A stretch of DNA of 32,000 bases from Candidatus Jordarchaeales archaeon. Lineage in GTDB: Archaea > Asgardarchaeota > Jordiarchaeia > Jordiarchaeales > Freyrarchaeaceae. The notes under the pieces were generated by a model, which was not told the DNA's origin, searched no databases, and saw nothing but the letters and a program-made list of their open reading frames with translations. The stretch covers positions 5,765-37,764 of the forward strand of contig JAWCFL010000019.1 of the NCBI GenBank assembly GCA_038858525.1. Direction: 5' to 3'. Shown here piece after piece: positions 8,887-17,123 of the stretch. Positions within the stretch are counted from its first letter, which is position 1, and each line of letters starts with the position of its first letter. Position numbers and translations under genes: made by a program.

Positions 8887-9897
8887 GTGGTGGACAAAAT
8901 GAGGGTGCTGGTGACTGGGGGCGCCGGGTTCATAGGCAGTCACATAGCTGAGCAACTTGCTAGCGAGGGGCATGAAGTCATAATATATGACGACTTCTCA
9001 ACAGGCAGCATGGATAACGTGAAACACATAGCCTCAATGGGCAATGTGAAAGTTGTTAAGGGCGACATCCTAGACTTAGCAACGTTGATGCACGCAATGG
9101 AGGGGTGTGACGCTGTTTCCCATCAAGCTGCTCAGCTCGAAATAGGTTCCGCGATAAAGGATCCAGTTACGGACGCCAGAATCAACATTGAAGGAACAAT
9201 AAATGTTCTGGAAGCCGCCGTGAAGAGAAACGTAAAAAAAGTGGTTTACGCCTCCTCAGCCGGCGTCTATGGAGAAGCTGTGAGGCTTCCCCAGGATGAG
9301 GAGCACCCGAAGAAGCCCTCTTGGCCCTATGGTGTGAGCAAGTATGCAGGTGAGCTTTACTGCCTCCAGTACTCGCAGTTCTACGGCATCAAGACATGCG
9401 CTCTAAGGTATGGAATCGTTTACGGGGAAAGGGAATGGTTTGGCAGAGTGCTGACCATGTTCATTAAGCGTGTTGTCCTCGAGAAAAAGCCCCCCGTCAT
9501 ATTCGGGGACGGAAATCAGACAAGGGATTTCATCTACGTGAAGGACGTCGTCGAACTCCACAACATCCTCTTGGAAGGGGACTATGGCCGGGATTTCGAG
9601 GCTTACAATGTTGGAAGCGGCGTGGCTACACCCATAAAGGACCTTGCGGAGCTAGTCATAGAGTTGTCAGGCAACGCTCTAGAACCGTTATATGAGAACC
9701 CTCCAGAAGGGGGCTATTCTTCCATTACGGGGAGGTGGAGGATCCCCAAGGAGCTGAGGAACCTTCAGCTAGACGTTTCGAAGGCTTCGAGGGAGACGGG
9801 ATGGAAGCCTAGAACAGGGCTCAGGGAGGGCGTAGAACGAGAGATAGAGTGGGTGAAAGCTAACAGGGAGAGGTGGAACGTTAAGGAGCGGGTCTGA
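8887..9897 (+). CDS. NAD-dependent nucleotide-sugar epimerase/dehydratase (extended SDR, GalE-like)
   Basis: GGAGFIG Rossmann motif, YASSAGVYG, catalytic YGVSK (YxxxK), GDGNQTRDFIYV. Confidence 0.95.
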   Translation: MVDKMRVLVTGGAGFIGSHIAEQLASEGHEVIIYDDFSTGSMDNVKHIASMGNVKVVKGDILDLATLMHAMEGCDAVSHQAAQLEIGSAIKDPVTDARINIEGTINVLEAAVKRNVKKVVYASSAGVYGEAVRLPQDEEHPKKPSWPYGVSKYAGELYCLQYSQFYGIKTCALRYGIVYGEREWFGRVLTMFIKRVVLEKKPPVIFGDGNQTRDFIYVKDVVELHNILLEGDYGRDFEAYNVGSGVATPIKDLAELVIELSGNALEPLYENPPEGGYSSITGRWRIPKELRNLQLDVSKASRETGWKPRTGLREGVEREIEWVKANRERWNVKERV

Positions 9898-10944
9898 ATG
9901 AAGCGAATACTCGTGACCGGAGCAGGAGGCCCAGCCGGGGTAAACTTCATCAAGAGTCTTAGGCTCGCCCCGGAGAAGTTTTTCATAGTGGGGTCGGACG
10001 TGAACAAGTACCATTTGGAGTTGCCTGACTGCGACGCCAGATACCTTGTTCCCCCCTACAGCCACCCTGAATACATAGACAAGCTGAACAAGATAATAAA
10101 AGCGGAAGATATAGAGTTCATTCATCCCCAGCCGGACGTCGAAGTGAGGGTCATATCGGAGAGCAGGGAGAAACTGAAAGCGAAGACCTTTCTGCCCAGG
10201 AAGGAGACCGTGAGGATATGTCAGGATAAGAAGGCGACAGCCGAGATCTGGGAGAGAGAAGGAATACCCGTAGCGAAGACCTTCCCGGTTGAGGATGAAG
10301 AATCTCTGAAAAAGGCAGCAAAGGTCTTAGGATTCCCCTTCTGGCTTAGGGCTACGTCGGGGGCAGGCGGGAGAGGCTCAACACCATGCCACAACCTTGA
10401 AACTGCAGCAGCATGGATCAAGTACTGGCGAAGTAGGGGAGCGAACTGGGAATTCATCGCTCAAGAATACCTGCCCGGGAGGAACATAGCCTTCCACAGC
10501 ATATGGAAGAACGGCGAACTCATAGTGTCACAGGCGAGGGAAAGGCTAGAGTACATTTATCCCTCCCTTGCCCCCTCAGGAGTCACCGGGACGCCCAGCG
10601 TCGCCGTCACCATAGAGCGTGACGACGTAAATAGGATAGCGACAGAGTGCATACTGGCCGTCGACGACAAGCCAAACGGCGTCTTCTGCGTCGACCTCAA
10701 GGAGAACAGAGAAGGAGTACCATGCCCAACCGAGATAAACGCCGGAAGGTTCTTCACCACAAGCCTCTTCTTCCCGCAAGCCGGCCTCAACATGCCGTAC
10801 ATATACGTCAAGCTTGCCTACGATGAGGAGATGCCTAAACTGAAAAAGTACAACGCGCTACCTTCAGGGCTATACTGGATAAGACACATGGACTCAGGCC
10901 CCATCCTTGTGAGGGAGGGAGAATGGAGGTCAAAGACCGTGTGA
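9898..10944 (+). CDS. ATP-grasp ligase (short carbamoyl-phosphate-synthase/PylC-like family found in glycan clusters)
   Basis: N-terminal ILVTGAGGPAG, then SGAGGRGS loop, QEYLPG, VDLKE and TEINAGRF (EIN motif). Confidence 0.85.
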   Translation: MKRILVTGAGGPAGVNFIKSLRLAPEKFFIVGSDVNKYHLELPDCDARYLVPPYSHPEYIDKLNKIIKAEDIEFIHPQPDVEVRVISESREKLKAKTFLPRKETVRICQDKKATAEIWEREGIPVAKTFPVEDEESLKKAAKVLGFPFWLRATSGAGGRGSTPCHNLETAAAWIKYWRSRGANWEFIAQEYLPGRNIAFHSIWKNGELIVSQARERLEYIYPSLAPSGVTGTPSVAVTIERDDVNRIATECILAVDDKPNGVFCVDLKENREGVPCPTEINAGRFFTTSLFFPQAGLNMPYIYVKLAYDEEMPKLKKYNALPSGLYWIRHMDSGPILVREGEWRSKTV

Positions 10945-11540
10945 AAGCGGTCCTCTTTGACCTAGATGAAACCCTGCTTAAGCTCCCGGTAAACTATGAG
11001 GAGCTGAGAGAGAAGCTGAGACACTGCGCTTCCCGCCTAAACTTGAAGTTTGAGTTCCGCCGCATTCTCGAAGACATAGATGCAGCTTCACGCATTGCTG
11101 GGGACGACTTCAGAAGGGAGTGTTACGAGATAGTGGAGTCATATGAGCTTGAAGCAGCCATGAAGCCGATACCAGAACAGGACGCCGCCTACGTACTGGA
11201 GAAGCTGAAGGAGGGGGGCTTAAGGATCGGGGTTGTCTCCCGAAACTCTAGAAGGTGCATATTGGCATCCCTAGAAAAGCTCGGCCTAACAAAACACGTC
11301 GATGTTATCATAGGAAGAGAGGACACGCAGAGAACTAAGCCAAACCCTGAACCGATAATTTACGCCCTAAAGCTTCTAGGAGTTGAGGCTGACGAAGCCG
11401 TCTACGTGGGGGATCATCCATACGACCTCGCCGCGGCCTCGGCTGCAGGCGTCACGTTCATCGCTGTAGGCGACAAGATAAGGGGGTACGGGAGCCGAGT
11501 CAGGAGTCTTAGGGAAATCATCAGCCTAATCTCCATATAG
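10941..11540 (+). CDS. HAD-superfamily phosphatase
   Basis: DLDETL (DxDxT), VSRNS, KPNPEP and VGDHPYD motifs. Start placed at GTG 10941 (GTGA overlap with the upstream stop, GGAGGT RBS at 10925) rather than ATG 10923. Confidence 0.9.
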   Translation: MKAVLFDLDETLLKLPVNYEELREKLRHCASRLNLKFEFRRILEDIDAASRIAGDDFRRECYEIVESYELEAAMKPIPEQDAAYVLEKLKEGGLRIGVVSRNSRRCILASLEKLGLTKHVDVIIGREDTQRTKPNPEPIIYALKLLGVEADEAVYVGDHPYDLAAASAAGVTFIAVGDKIRGYGSRVRSLREIISLISI

Positions 11541-12533
11541 TCTCCTACACGTGGACATTATGACCTCCGCGGTATCCCTCCACGTGTTTAACTTAACCTC
11601 AACCCTTCCCCCATTTTCCAGTAGCCTGATGATGCTTCCTGCGATCTCCCCCCTCGTCCACTTGCAGCTCGTAACACCCGGAAACTTAACTTCTTGCGGC
11701 GCAATGACCGGTAGACCCATAGCAAGCCACTCCCTGAGCTTCAAGCTCTCAGTATTATAAGCGTTTACACCGACATCAGCCATCACGACAAACTCAGGCA
11801 CACGCTCGTAAGGCACATACCCCAACACACGAACCCCACTAACGCCTTTAGCAGCCTCCATCAAAACCTCCCTAGCAGCACCATCCCCAATAATCCAAAA
11901 CTCCGCGTTGGGAAAACGCTCACGAACGATATTCATGGCTTCAATCACGGGGACAAGATACCTCACATACATGTTAGTAAGCTTGCCAATATAAACCACC
12001 AAAGGAAAATTAACACCATACTTCTCCCTAACCAAACGCCTATCATACTTTTCAGGGTTAAAGAGCTCATTATTATACCCGTTCTCGGCAAAAACCACCT
12101 TCCACCTCAAACCACGCAGAAAAGGGTGAACAAAACCCTTACCCGCGTTAAAAACAACCCTAGCACACCTTATAATCATTTTATCAACAATCTCAACCAA
12201 GGGAACAAGCAGCCTCTTTATTCCCCTCCAATTATCCCTACATAAGTCAGCCTTCCACTCCACAACGTCATAAAAATACTCCCCTACAAGAGGCCTCAAT
12301 AAAAGTGCAAGGACACCTGCCCTAAACCCGCAGAAAATCTTACACTTAACCCTCCTAAACCTCAACACTCCAAGAACACCAAACACGGGATTATAAGCAC
12401 TAACCACCCTAACCTTACATCCCAACATTCTAAGCTCCCGACAAACATGGTAATCCCTCTGCGGAAACTTCTCATCTACCGAAGAACAAACAAACAAGAC
12501 CTCCAAAGCAAACACCCCCAGACACAAAAACAA
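11526..12533 (-). CDS. Glycosyltransferase, GT-B fold (family 4-like)
   Basis: VVYIGKL, FWIIGDG, VLGYVPYERVPEFVVMADVGV and KLREWLAMGLPVIA (K-x2-E motif of GT4). Confidence 0.88.
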   Translation of the reverse strand: MFLCLGVFALEVLFVCSSVDEKFPQRDYHVCRELRMLGCKVRVVSAYNPVFGVLGVLRFRRVKCKIFCGFRAGVLALLLRPLVGEYFYDVVEWKADLCRDNWRGIKRLLVPLVEIVDKMIIRCARVVFNAGKGFVHPFLRGLRWKVVFAENGYNNELFNPEKYDRRLVREKYGVNFPLVVYIGKLTNMYVRYLVPVIEAMNIVRERFPNAEFWIIGDGAAREVLMEAAKGVSGVRVLGYVPYERVPEFVVMADVGVNAYNTESLKLREWLAMGLPVIAPQEVKFPGVTSCKWTRGEIAGSIIRLLENGGRVEVKLNTWRDTAEVIMSTCRRLYGD

Positions 12534-12897
12534 AGAAAGTGAATAAAAAAGTAATCAATCCAAAACAAACAATACGCCAGAAAAACAGGAAAACAAAGTG
12601 AGACAAAAGCTAAACGAAAACCGACAGCGTTTTTAAAAAGCCGAAACCTCTATTACGGGAAAATTCGGAGCTGAAAGGCGAAACGCCGTTTTCGAGTGAT
12701 GCTTTCTGCGAATTTGATGTTTCAAAGCAAAATCTTCTTTTACAAATGTTGAAAAATTCCCAATTTTTAAGTGTCTTTTTTGCGAAAAAATTTAAAAACC
12801 CTCAAGGACGAGTTCCCAAGGGAAACTAAACTCCCCTCTCGCGGAGAAACGAAGAATCGAACCACAATTCTAGGAGCCCTCTCCGAGGTGAGGCAGT

Positions 12898-13149
12898 ATG
12901 AATTTGAAGGACCTAATAAGAGAAGTGATCGAGCGCGGAATATACTATGAAGGCGCCATCATTCTGAAAAGCCTAGCCGAGAAATTACACGACATCGAGA
13001 AGGGTGAAGGAGACTGTGGAATTATCGAAGCCTTCGAAATAGGACTCCTCCTAGGCTCTCTGAGAAACCACCTCTTCTACGACGAGTATATTAAACTCGA
13101 AAACCTAGTTTTGGATTCTATCGAAAAATGCTTGCTGAGAAAGAAATAA
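12898..13149 (+). CDS. Small hypothetical protein (83 aa)
   Basis: Strong GAGGTGAGG RBS before the ATG; natural-looking helical composition; no family recognised. Confidence 0.7.
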   Translation: MNLKDLIREVIERGIYYEGAIILKSLAEKLHDIEKGEGDCGIIEAFEIGLLLGSLRNHLFYDEYIKLENLVLDSIEKCLLRKK

Positions 13150-13177
13150 AAATTAAGCATCAAGCAACAAAGTAACG

Positions 13178-13289
13178 AACCCCAAAAGAAATGACCGCAT
13201 AACCAGTTTGGCACGCTTTGAGGTTTGCTAGGGCTGCTGTGCTTAACAAGGCAACCCCAAAAGAAATGACCGCATAACCAGTTTGGCAC
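13178..13289. repeat. Two identical 37-bp direct repeats with a 38-bp unique spacer (mini-array geometry; CRISPR status unproven)
   Basis: AACCCCAAAAGAAATGACCGCATAACCAGTTTGGCAC at 13178-13214 and 13253-13289; spacer GCTTTGAGGTTTGCTAGGGCTGCTGTGCTTAACAAGGC. Confidence 0.9.
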
Positions 13290-13623
13290 CCGCTCGCACC
13301 CCAAACTAGCTTATCTTTCACCTCATCTTTCTCCTACCTCCTCATCAATCTCTCCGTCCATTTTTCGCCTCCGGCTTCATAGAGAATTAATGGTTAATTA
13401 TTAATGCCGTGCCAGCTTGTATAATGCTGAAAACCTACTGAAGGATCACATTAATTGATGACGTGGCTTGCTTACAGTCTCTAACGGCCCAGTCTTTCCT
13501 TCAAAGACACTGCTGGCTCTCGTGTTTTATCATTTATCTATAAATCTATCTTTTCCATTTATCAACACTTTTTTATTTAAGCACTATTAAGGGGGAGTCT
13601 AGAGGCGCTGGGGTTGACTGGTT

Positions 13624-14400
13624 GTGATGAAAATCGAGAGCATAACGATAATTGGAGGGTATGGGAAGTCTGGTTTACCTGAGCCAGTGAGGGAAGTGGA
13701 GCTTAGAAGAGGAGAAATTGTCAGCATTGTTGGCCCAACGGGCTCTGGGAAGACTACGTTGATAAACGACATAGAGATGTTTGCGTCTGGAGACACGCCG
13801 ACGAAGCGAAAAATACTTGTAAACGGTGGGGGGGTGCCGGAAGAGATTAGAAGTAGCCCTCATATTAACCCGATTGCCAGGATAACCCAGCACACGACCT
13901 TTCTGTCCGATCTTCCAGTTTACGATTTCCTGTCTATTCATGCAATGATCAGGCAGGATGGGGATGAGCGCTTAGTGAAAAGGACGCTGGACCTGGCAAA
14001 TCAATTGTCGGGTGAGAACATAGTGCCGAACATCCGTATGACTGAGCTGTCGGGCGGTCAGACGAGGGCCCTGCTCATTGCTGACGCTGTGGTCATCGGG
14101 AATACGCCGGTCGTTCTGATCGATGAGGTCGAGAACACGGGAATATATAAAGATAGAGCGCTGAAGATACTGAGAGAGTGCCAGAAGATGTTGATATTTG
14201 TGACGCATGACCCGCTGATTGCCTTATCCTCAGACCTCCGGATCGTTATGCGGAATGGTGCAATGGTGAAGGTTGTGAGGACGACTGAGGACGAGAAGGC
14301 TGTCCTGCAGGAAGTTAAAAGGCTGGACGACATCCTGAGCGAGTTGAGGGAGAACATAAGGCTTGGAAACCCGATTGGGCTCAAAAAGGTGGTAACGTGA
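13624..14400 (+). CDS. ABC-type ATPase with no adjacent permease
   Basis: Walker A GPTGSGKTT, Q-loop ITQH, signature LSGGQ, Walker B VVLIDE, atypical D-loop (VENTG), H-switch VTHD. Confidence 0.9.
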   Translation: MMKIESITIIGGYGKSGLPEPVREVELRRGEIVSIVGPTGSGKTTLINDIEMFASGDTPTKRKILVNGGGVPEEIRSSPHINPIARITQHTTFLSDLPVYDFLSIHAMIRQDGDERLVKRTLDLANQLSGENIVPNIRMTELSGGQTRALLIADAVVIGNTPVVLIDEVENTGIYKDRALKILRECQKMLIFVTHDPLIALSSDLRIVMRNGAMVKVVRTTEDEKAVLQEVKRLDDILSELRENIRLGNPIGLKKVVT

Positions 14401-15098
14401 AACTGGTTATTTGCGCAGGACCCCCATCCTCCGGAAAAACAGCAGTTTTAAAGTTTACATGTGAGAAACTTATCCGGAAGGGTTACAAAGTCGCGTATCT
14501 CAAAATAGATACCCAGTATGCGACGGAGGATGAAGTGTTTAGAGAAGCGCTCGGGATACCGACAAAGAAAGTGTATACTGGAGACCTGTGTCCCGACCAT
14601 GTGAACGTACTGGTTCTCGGAGACGGATTAGACTGGGCTAGGAGCATGGGCGCCGATATCTTCTTAGTTGAGTCTGCCGGGTTATGCTTGAGGTGTGCCC
14701 CCTACGTGGAAGGCGGGCTTGGCGTCGTCGTTCTAGAAGCTACAAGTGGCATCCAGCTGCCACTAAAACTCGGACCTCTACTCTCACTTGCAGACGTCGC
14801 TGTCATGACAAAGATAGACCTTGTTTCGCAAGCGGAGAGGGAGGTGTTCAGGGCTAGAATCAACGAGGTTGCTCCAGATGTGCACGTCATAGAGGCAGAC
14901 GCCCTACACGGAATAGGCATTGACCCCCTCGTGAGAAAGATAGAGAGATACCCCGAGCTCTCAGGGGAGCCCGTGCTAAGAGGCGTGCCCCCCCTCGGCG
15001 TTTGCACTATATGCGTTGGGAAGAAGGAAGTAGGATGGAATAAGCATTTCGGAATACTGAGAACTCTGGAAAGCGACCTGTTCTATCGGGGTGAATAA
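14397..15098 (+). CDS. G3E-family (HypB/UreG-like) metal-binding GTPase
   Basis: GPPSSGKT, CPDH (like UreG CPH), VESAG (ESxG Walker B), LCLRC, TKID (NKxD variant), C-terminal CTIC. GTGA overlap with the ATPase gene. Confidence 0.85.
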   Translation: MKLVICAGPPSSGKTAVLKFTCEKLIRKGYKVAYLKIDTQYATEDEVFREALGIPTKKVYTGDLCPDHVNVLVLGDGLDWARSMGADIFLVESAGLCLRCAPYVEGGLGVVVLEATSGIQLPLKLGPLLSLADVAVMTKIDLVSQAEREVFRARINEVAPDVHVIEADALHGIGIDPLVRKIERYPELSGEPVLRGVPPLGVCTICVGKKEVGWNKHFGILRTLESDLFYRGE

Positions 15099-15731
15099 AT
15101 GAGAAAAGAGGAGATCCTTAAGAGGCTGCAGAACAGAAATTGCGGAATGTGCGGCTTCGGCTCGTGCATCCGATTCGCAGAGGAAGCGGAAAAAAACGCT
15201 GGCCTACTAGAAAGGTGCATGTACCTGAAAGAGGACAGCGAGACGGAGGAAACTAGACACGCAGAGTACGCTGAAGAAGACATCATAGGCGGAAAGTACG
15301 ACTTCATCCTAATGCCGCTTCCAAACGAGAAATCATGCAGAGAGTTTATCTTACCATTCAACCCCATCCTCACACGGGAACTGGACATCAAGAAGGGCGA
15401 CATCATCGTCGGGAGACCAATGGGCCAAGGATGCCCAGTCCAACACGTGCTGGAAGTAATAGACATCGACAGGTTCTGCGTTATAACAGCCTGGGTCGTC
15501 GGCCCACAACACTCACGAAGCAGAGACTTCAAAGAGATCGGACCCTACAGCCTAGTCGCCTTCGAAGGCCTAGCAAAAGTAATGAGCCGAGAACCAATGT
15601 TCGGCCACCGACAACGATTCCTACCAGGATACTGCATGATGAACCTCACGCACACAGGACTAGTGAACTTCGTAAACAAAACAAAAAGAGGAATACACGT
15701 CAGACTAGAAGACATAATAATCGGAGTCTAA
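15099..15731 (+). CDS. Fe-S cluster-binding protein (N-terminal CxxCxxxxC...C domain)
   Basis: NCGMCGFGSC...C resembles the small Fe-S domain of RnfB/AcsC; further Cys in GCPVQH and GYCM; abuts the GTPase stop codon. Confidence 0.75.
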   Translation: MRKEEILKRLQNRNCGMCGFGSCIRFAEEAEKNAGLLERCMYLKEDSETEETRHAEYAEEDIIGGKYDFILMPLPNEKSCREFILPFNPILTRELDIKKGDIIVGRPMGQGCPVQHVLEVIDIDRFCVITAWVVGPQHSRSRDFKEIGPYSLVAFEGLAKVMSREPMFGHRQRFLPGYCMMNLTHTGLVNFVNKTKRGIHVRLEDIIIGV

Positions 15732-15810
15732 CCAACCAGCAACAACCCCCACACCATAAAACCACCACCAAGACAAGTTAACCTCACCTCTCGCCGAGAC
15801 CAGTGTGCCA

Positions 15811-15888
15811 AGAAAGAAATGAAAAATAAACATCAAACAACGAAATCATGAACCCCCAACCAAGACGAGACGCATAACTAGTTTGGCA
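15811..15888 (+). repeat. Degenerate ~80-bp copy of 13138-13214
   Basis: By-eye alignment: 38 of the first 46 nt identical without gaps (AGAAAGAAAT...GAACCCC); the 3' core CGCATAACTAGTTTGGCA matches the 37-bp repeat at 17/18. Confidence 0.8.
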
Positions 15889-16214
15889 TATGTCTACGCT
15901 CTAGTATTACTCATTCATCACCTCACTCATCCTCTCTGAAGCGCCCTCAGCAATTTCCCGCTCCCCCCTCCCCCACTCCCGGCTTCTCAGCCACGTAACC
16001 ACAATGCAAAGCCGCCACCCCACCTCTCTCTTCATTTCTTCCACCCACAAAAAGGCAAAAACAAAATTCCCCTCCAAAAATCATAAAAAAGCCACACATT
16101 TCAAGTGAGGCTACCAAACTCACAAAAATGAAGGATCTTCTCCGCAGAAAAACCACATCGAAAAAAATAAAAGAAACTTTTTCCACACATAATAAACCGA
16201 AAATAAATTACGGG

Positions 16215-17123
16215 ATGGGGGGAGCGGTGAAAAGACCTATAGCGGTTTTTCTCCTAGCACTCTCATTTACATTGCTGCTCCTAGCAGCCCCAGCCACACC
16301 ACCCATAGCAACACCACCCACACTAACAACAGCAACACCGCAACAAACACCACAACCAAAAGAAACACAAACAGAAGCAATTTCTGTTGGTATACTACTT
16401 AGTCCCAGCGGTTTCCCGTTCTCGATGGTCAGTTTCAGATTCCATGTTGGGCCGATTCTGAGCATTAATCCTCCTCCAGAGAAATTTGAAAACCTCACAC
16501 ATGCCTCGATCTCAATTAACGCTTTTGACAGTAGCCTTTACGCGTTCATCGGTGTGGATTTTGTGAATGTGGACGAGAACTATTGTATGACTGCGTTGGT
16601 TGAGCTCGCCGAACAAATGCTAGACAAACTCTCAACAATAGGAATAACACAACAGTCAAACTTAACTCACGTGTACACGGAGAACTCTACTGTTCGTGGA
16701 TCTTGCCAGGTTTTCCTTTCTGGTGACGCTTCTAGTTTGGCTTCTCTGATTCCGGATGGGACGCTTGCACGTAAATTCATGGAAACCTACACGAACAAAA
16801 GCATAAGTTGCAGCATAATTTCCTCCTCCGGGAGCCTAAAAGTTGTCGACAGTGCTGGCGTGTCAACCTTTTCCGTATGGAATATTCTAACAAACAGCAC
16901 TTTCGGCGACATCATGGCTGTAAACTTCTCGTTGAAAAAAGCCCTAAACACCACAGGAGAAATCAAACTAAACAGAACAACGACCATACTAATTTCAGGA
17001 AGCTACTATGCTGCCCCTCACTCGATGTCTCTTGTAGCGATTGGCTTTGACCCTCGTCCATCATTCCTTTTGAGTAGCAACTTTTTCTTCTACAATTTCT
17101 CCGCTGGATCGGTAATAAGGTGA
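16215..17123 (+). CDS. N-terminal part of a secreted, S-layer-like glycoprotein (frameshifted at ~17117)
   Basis: Signal peptide KRPIAVFLLALSFTLLLLAAPA, Pro/Thr/Gln-rich linker, many NxS/T sequons. Start at ATG 16215 or GTG 16227 (purine-rich RBS), not 16128. Confidence 0.7.
   Translation: MGGAVKRPIAVFLLALSFTLLLLAAPATPPIATPPTLTTATPQQTPQPKETQTEAISVGILLSPSGFPFSMVSFRFHVGPILSINPPPEKFENLTHASISINAFDSSLYAFIGVDFVNVDENYCMTALVELAEQMLDKLSTIGITQQSNLTHVYTENSTVRGSCQVFLSGDASSLASLIPDGTLARKFMETYTNKSISCSIISSSGSLKVVDSAGVSTFSVWNILTNSTFGDIMAVNFSLKKALNTTGEIKLNRTTTILISGSYYAAPHSMSLVAIGFDPRPSFLLSSNFFFYNFSAGSVIR

Noticed and set aside
12534-12780. Possible ribozyme or ncRNA (CTGAAAGGCGAAACGCC) in the A-rich intergenic region
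   Set aside because: A single small hairpin; it does not fit the hammerhead core order or any RNA family I recognise.
13197-13289. Integron attC interpretation of the repeats (GCATAAC ... GTTTGGC boxes)
   Set aside because: Core-site-like heptamers are present, but the long palindromic stem of attC is weak and no integrase is in the window. Kept only as an alternative hypothesis.
13077-13304. Minus-strand 75-aa ORF with duplicated peptide VPNWLCGHFFWG
   Set aside because: The duplication is a by-product of the 75-bp repeat period; the ORF overlaps the 12898-13149 gene antisense and has no RBS.
15335-16186. ORFs 15335-15781 (+) and 15947-16186 (-)
   Set aside because: Alternate-frame or low-complexity ORFs arising from the A/C-rich strand bias; implausible composition.
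16128-16214. N-terminal extension of the surface protein given by the ORF track
   Set aside because: Lys-rich translation of an A-rich promoter region; the signal peptide and RBS point to a start at 16215 or 16227.
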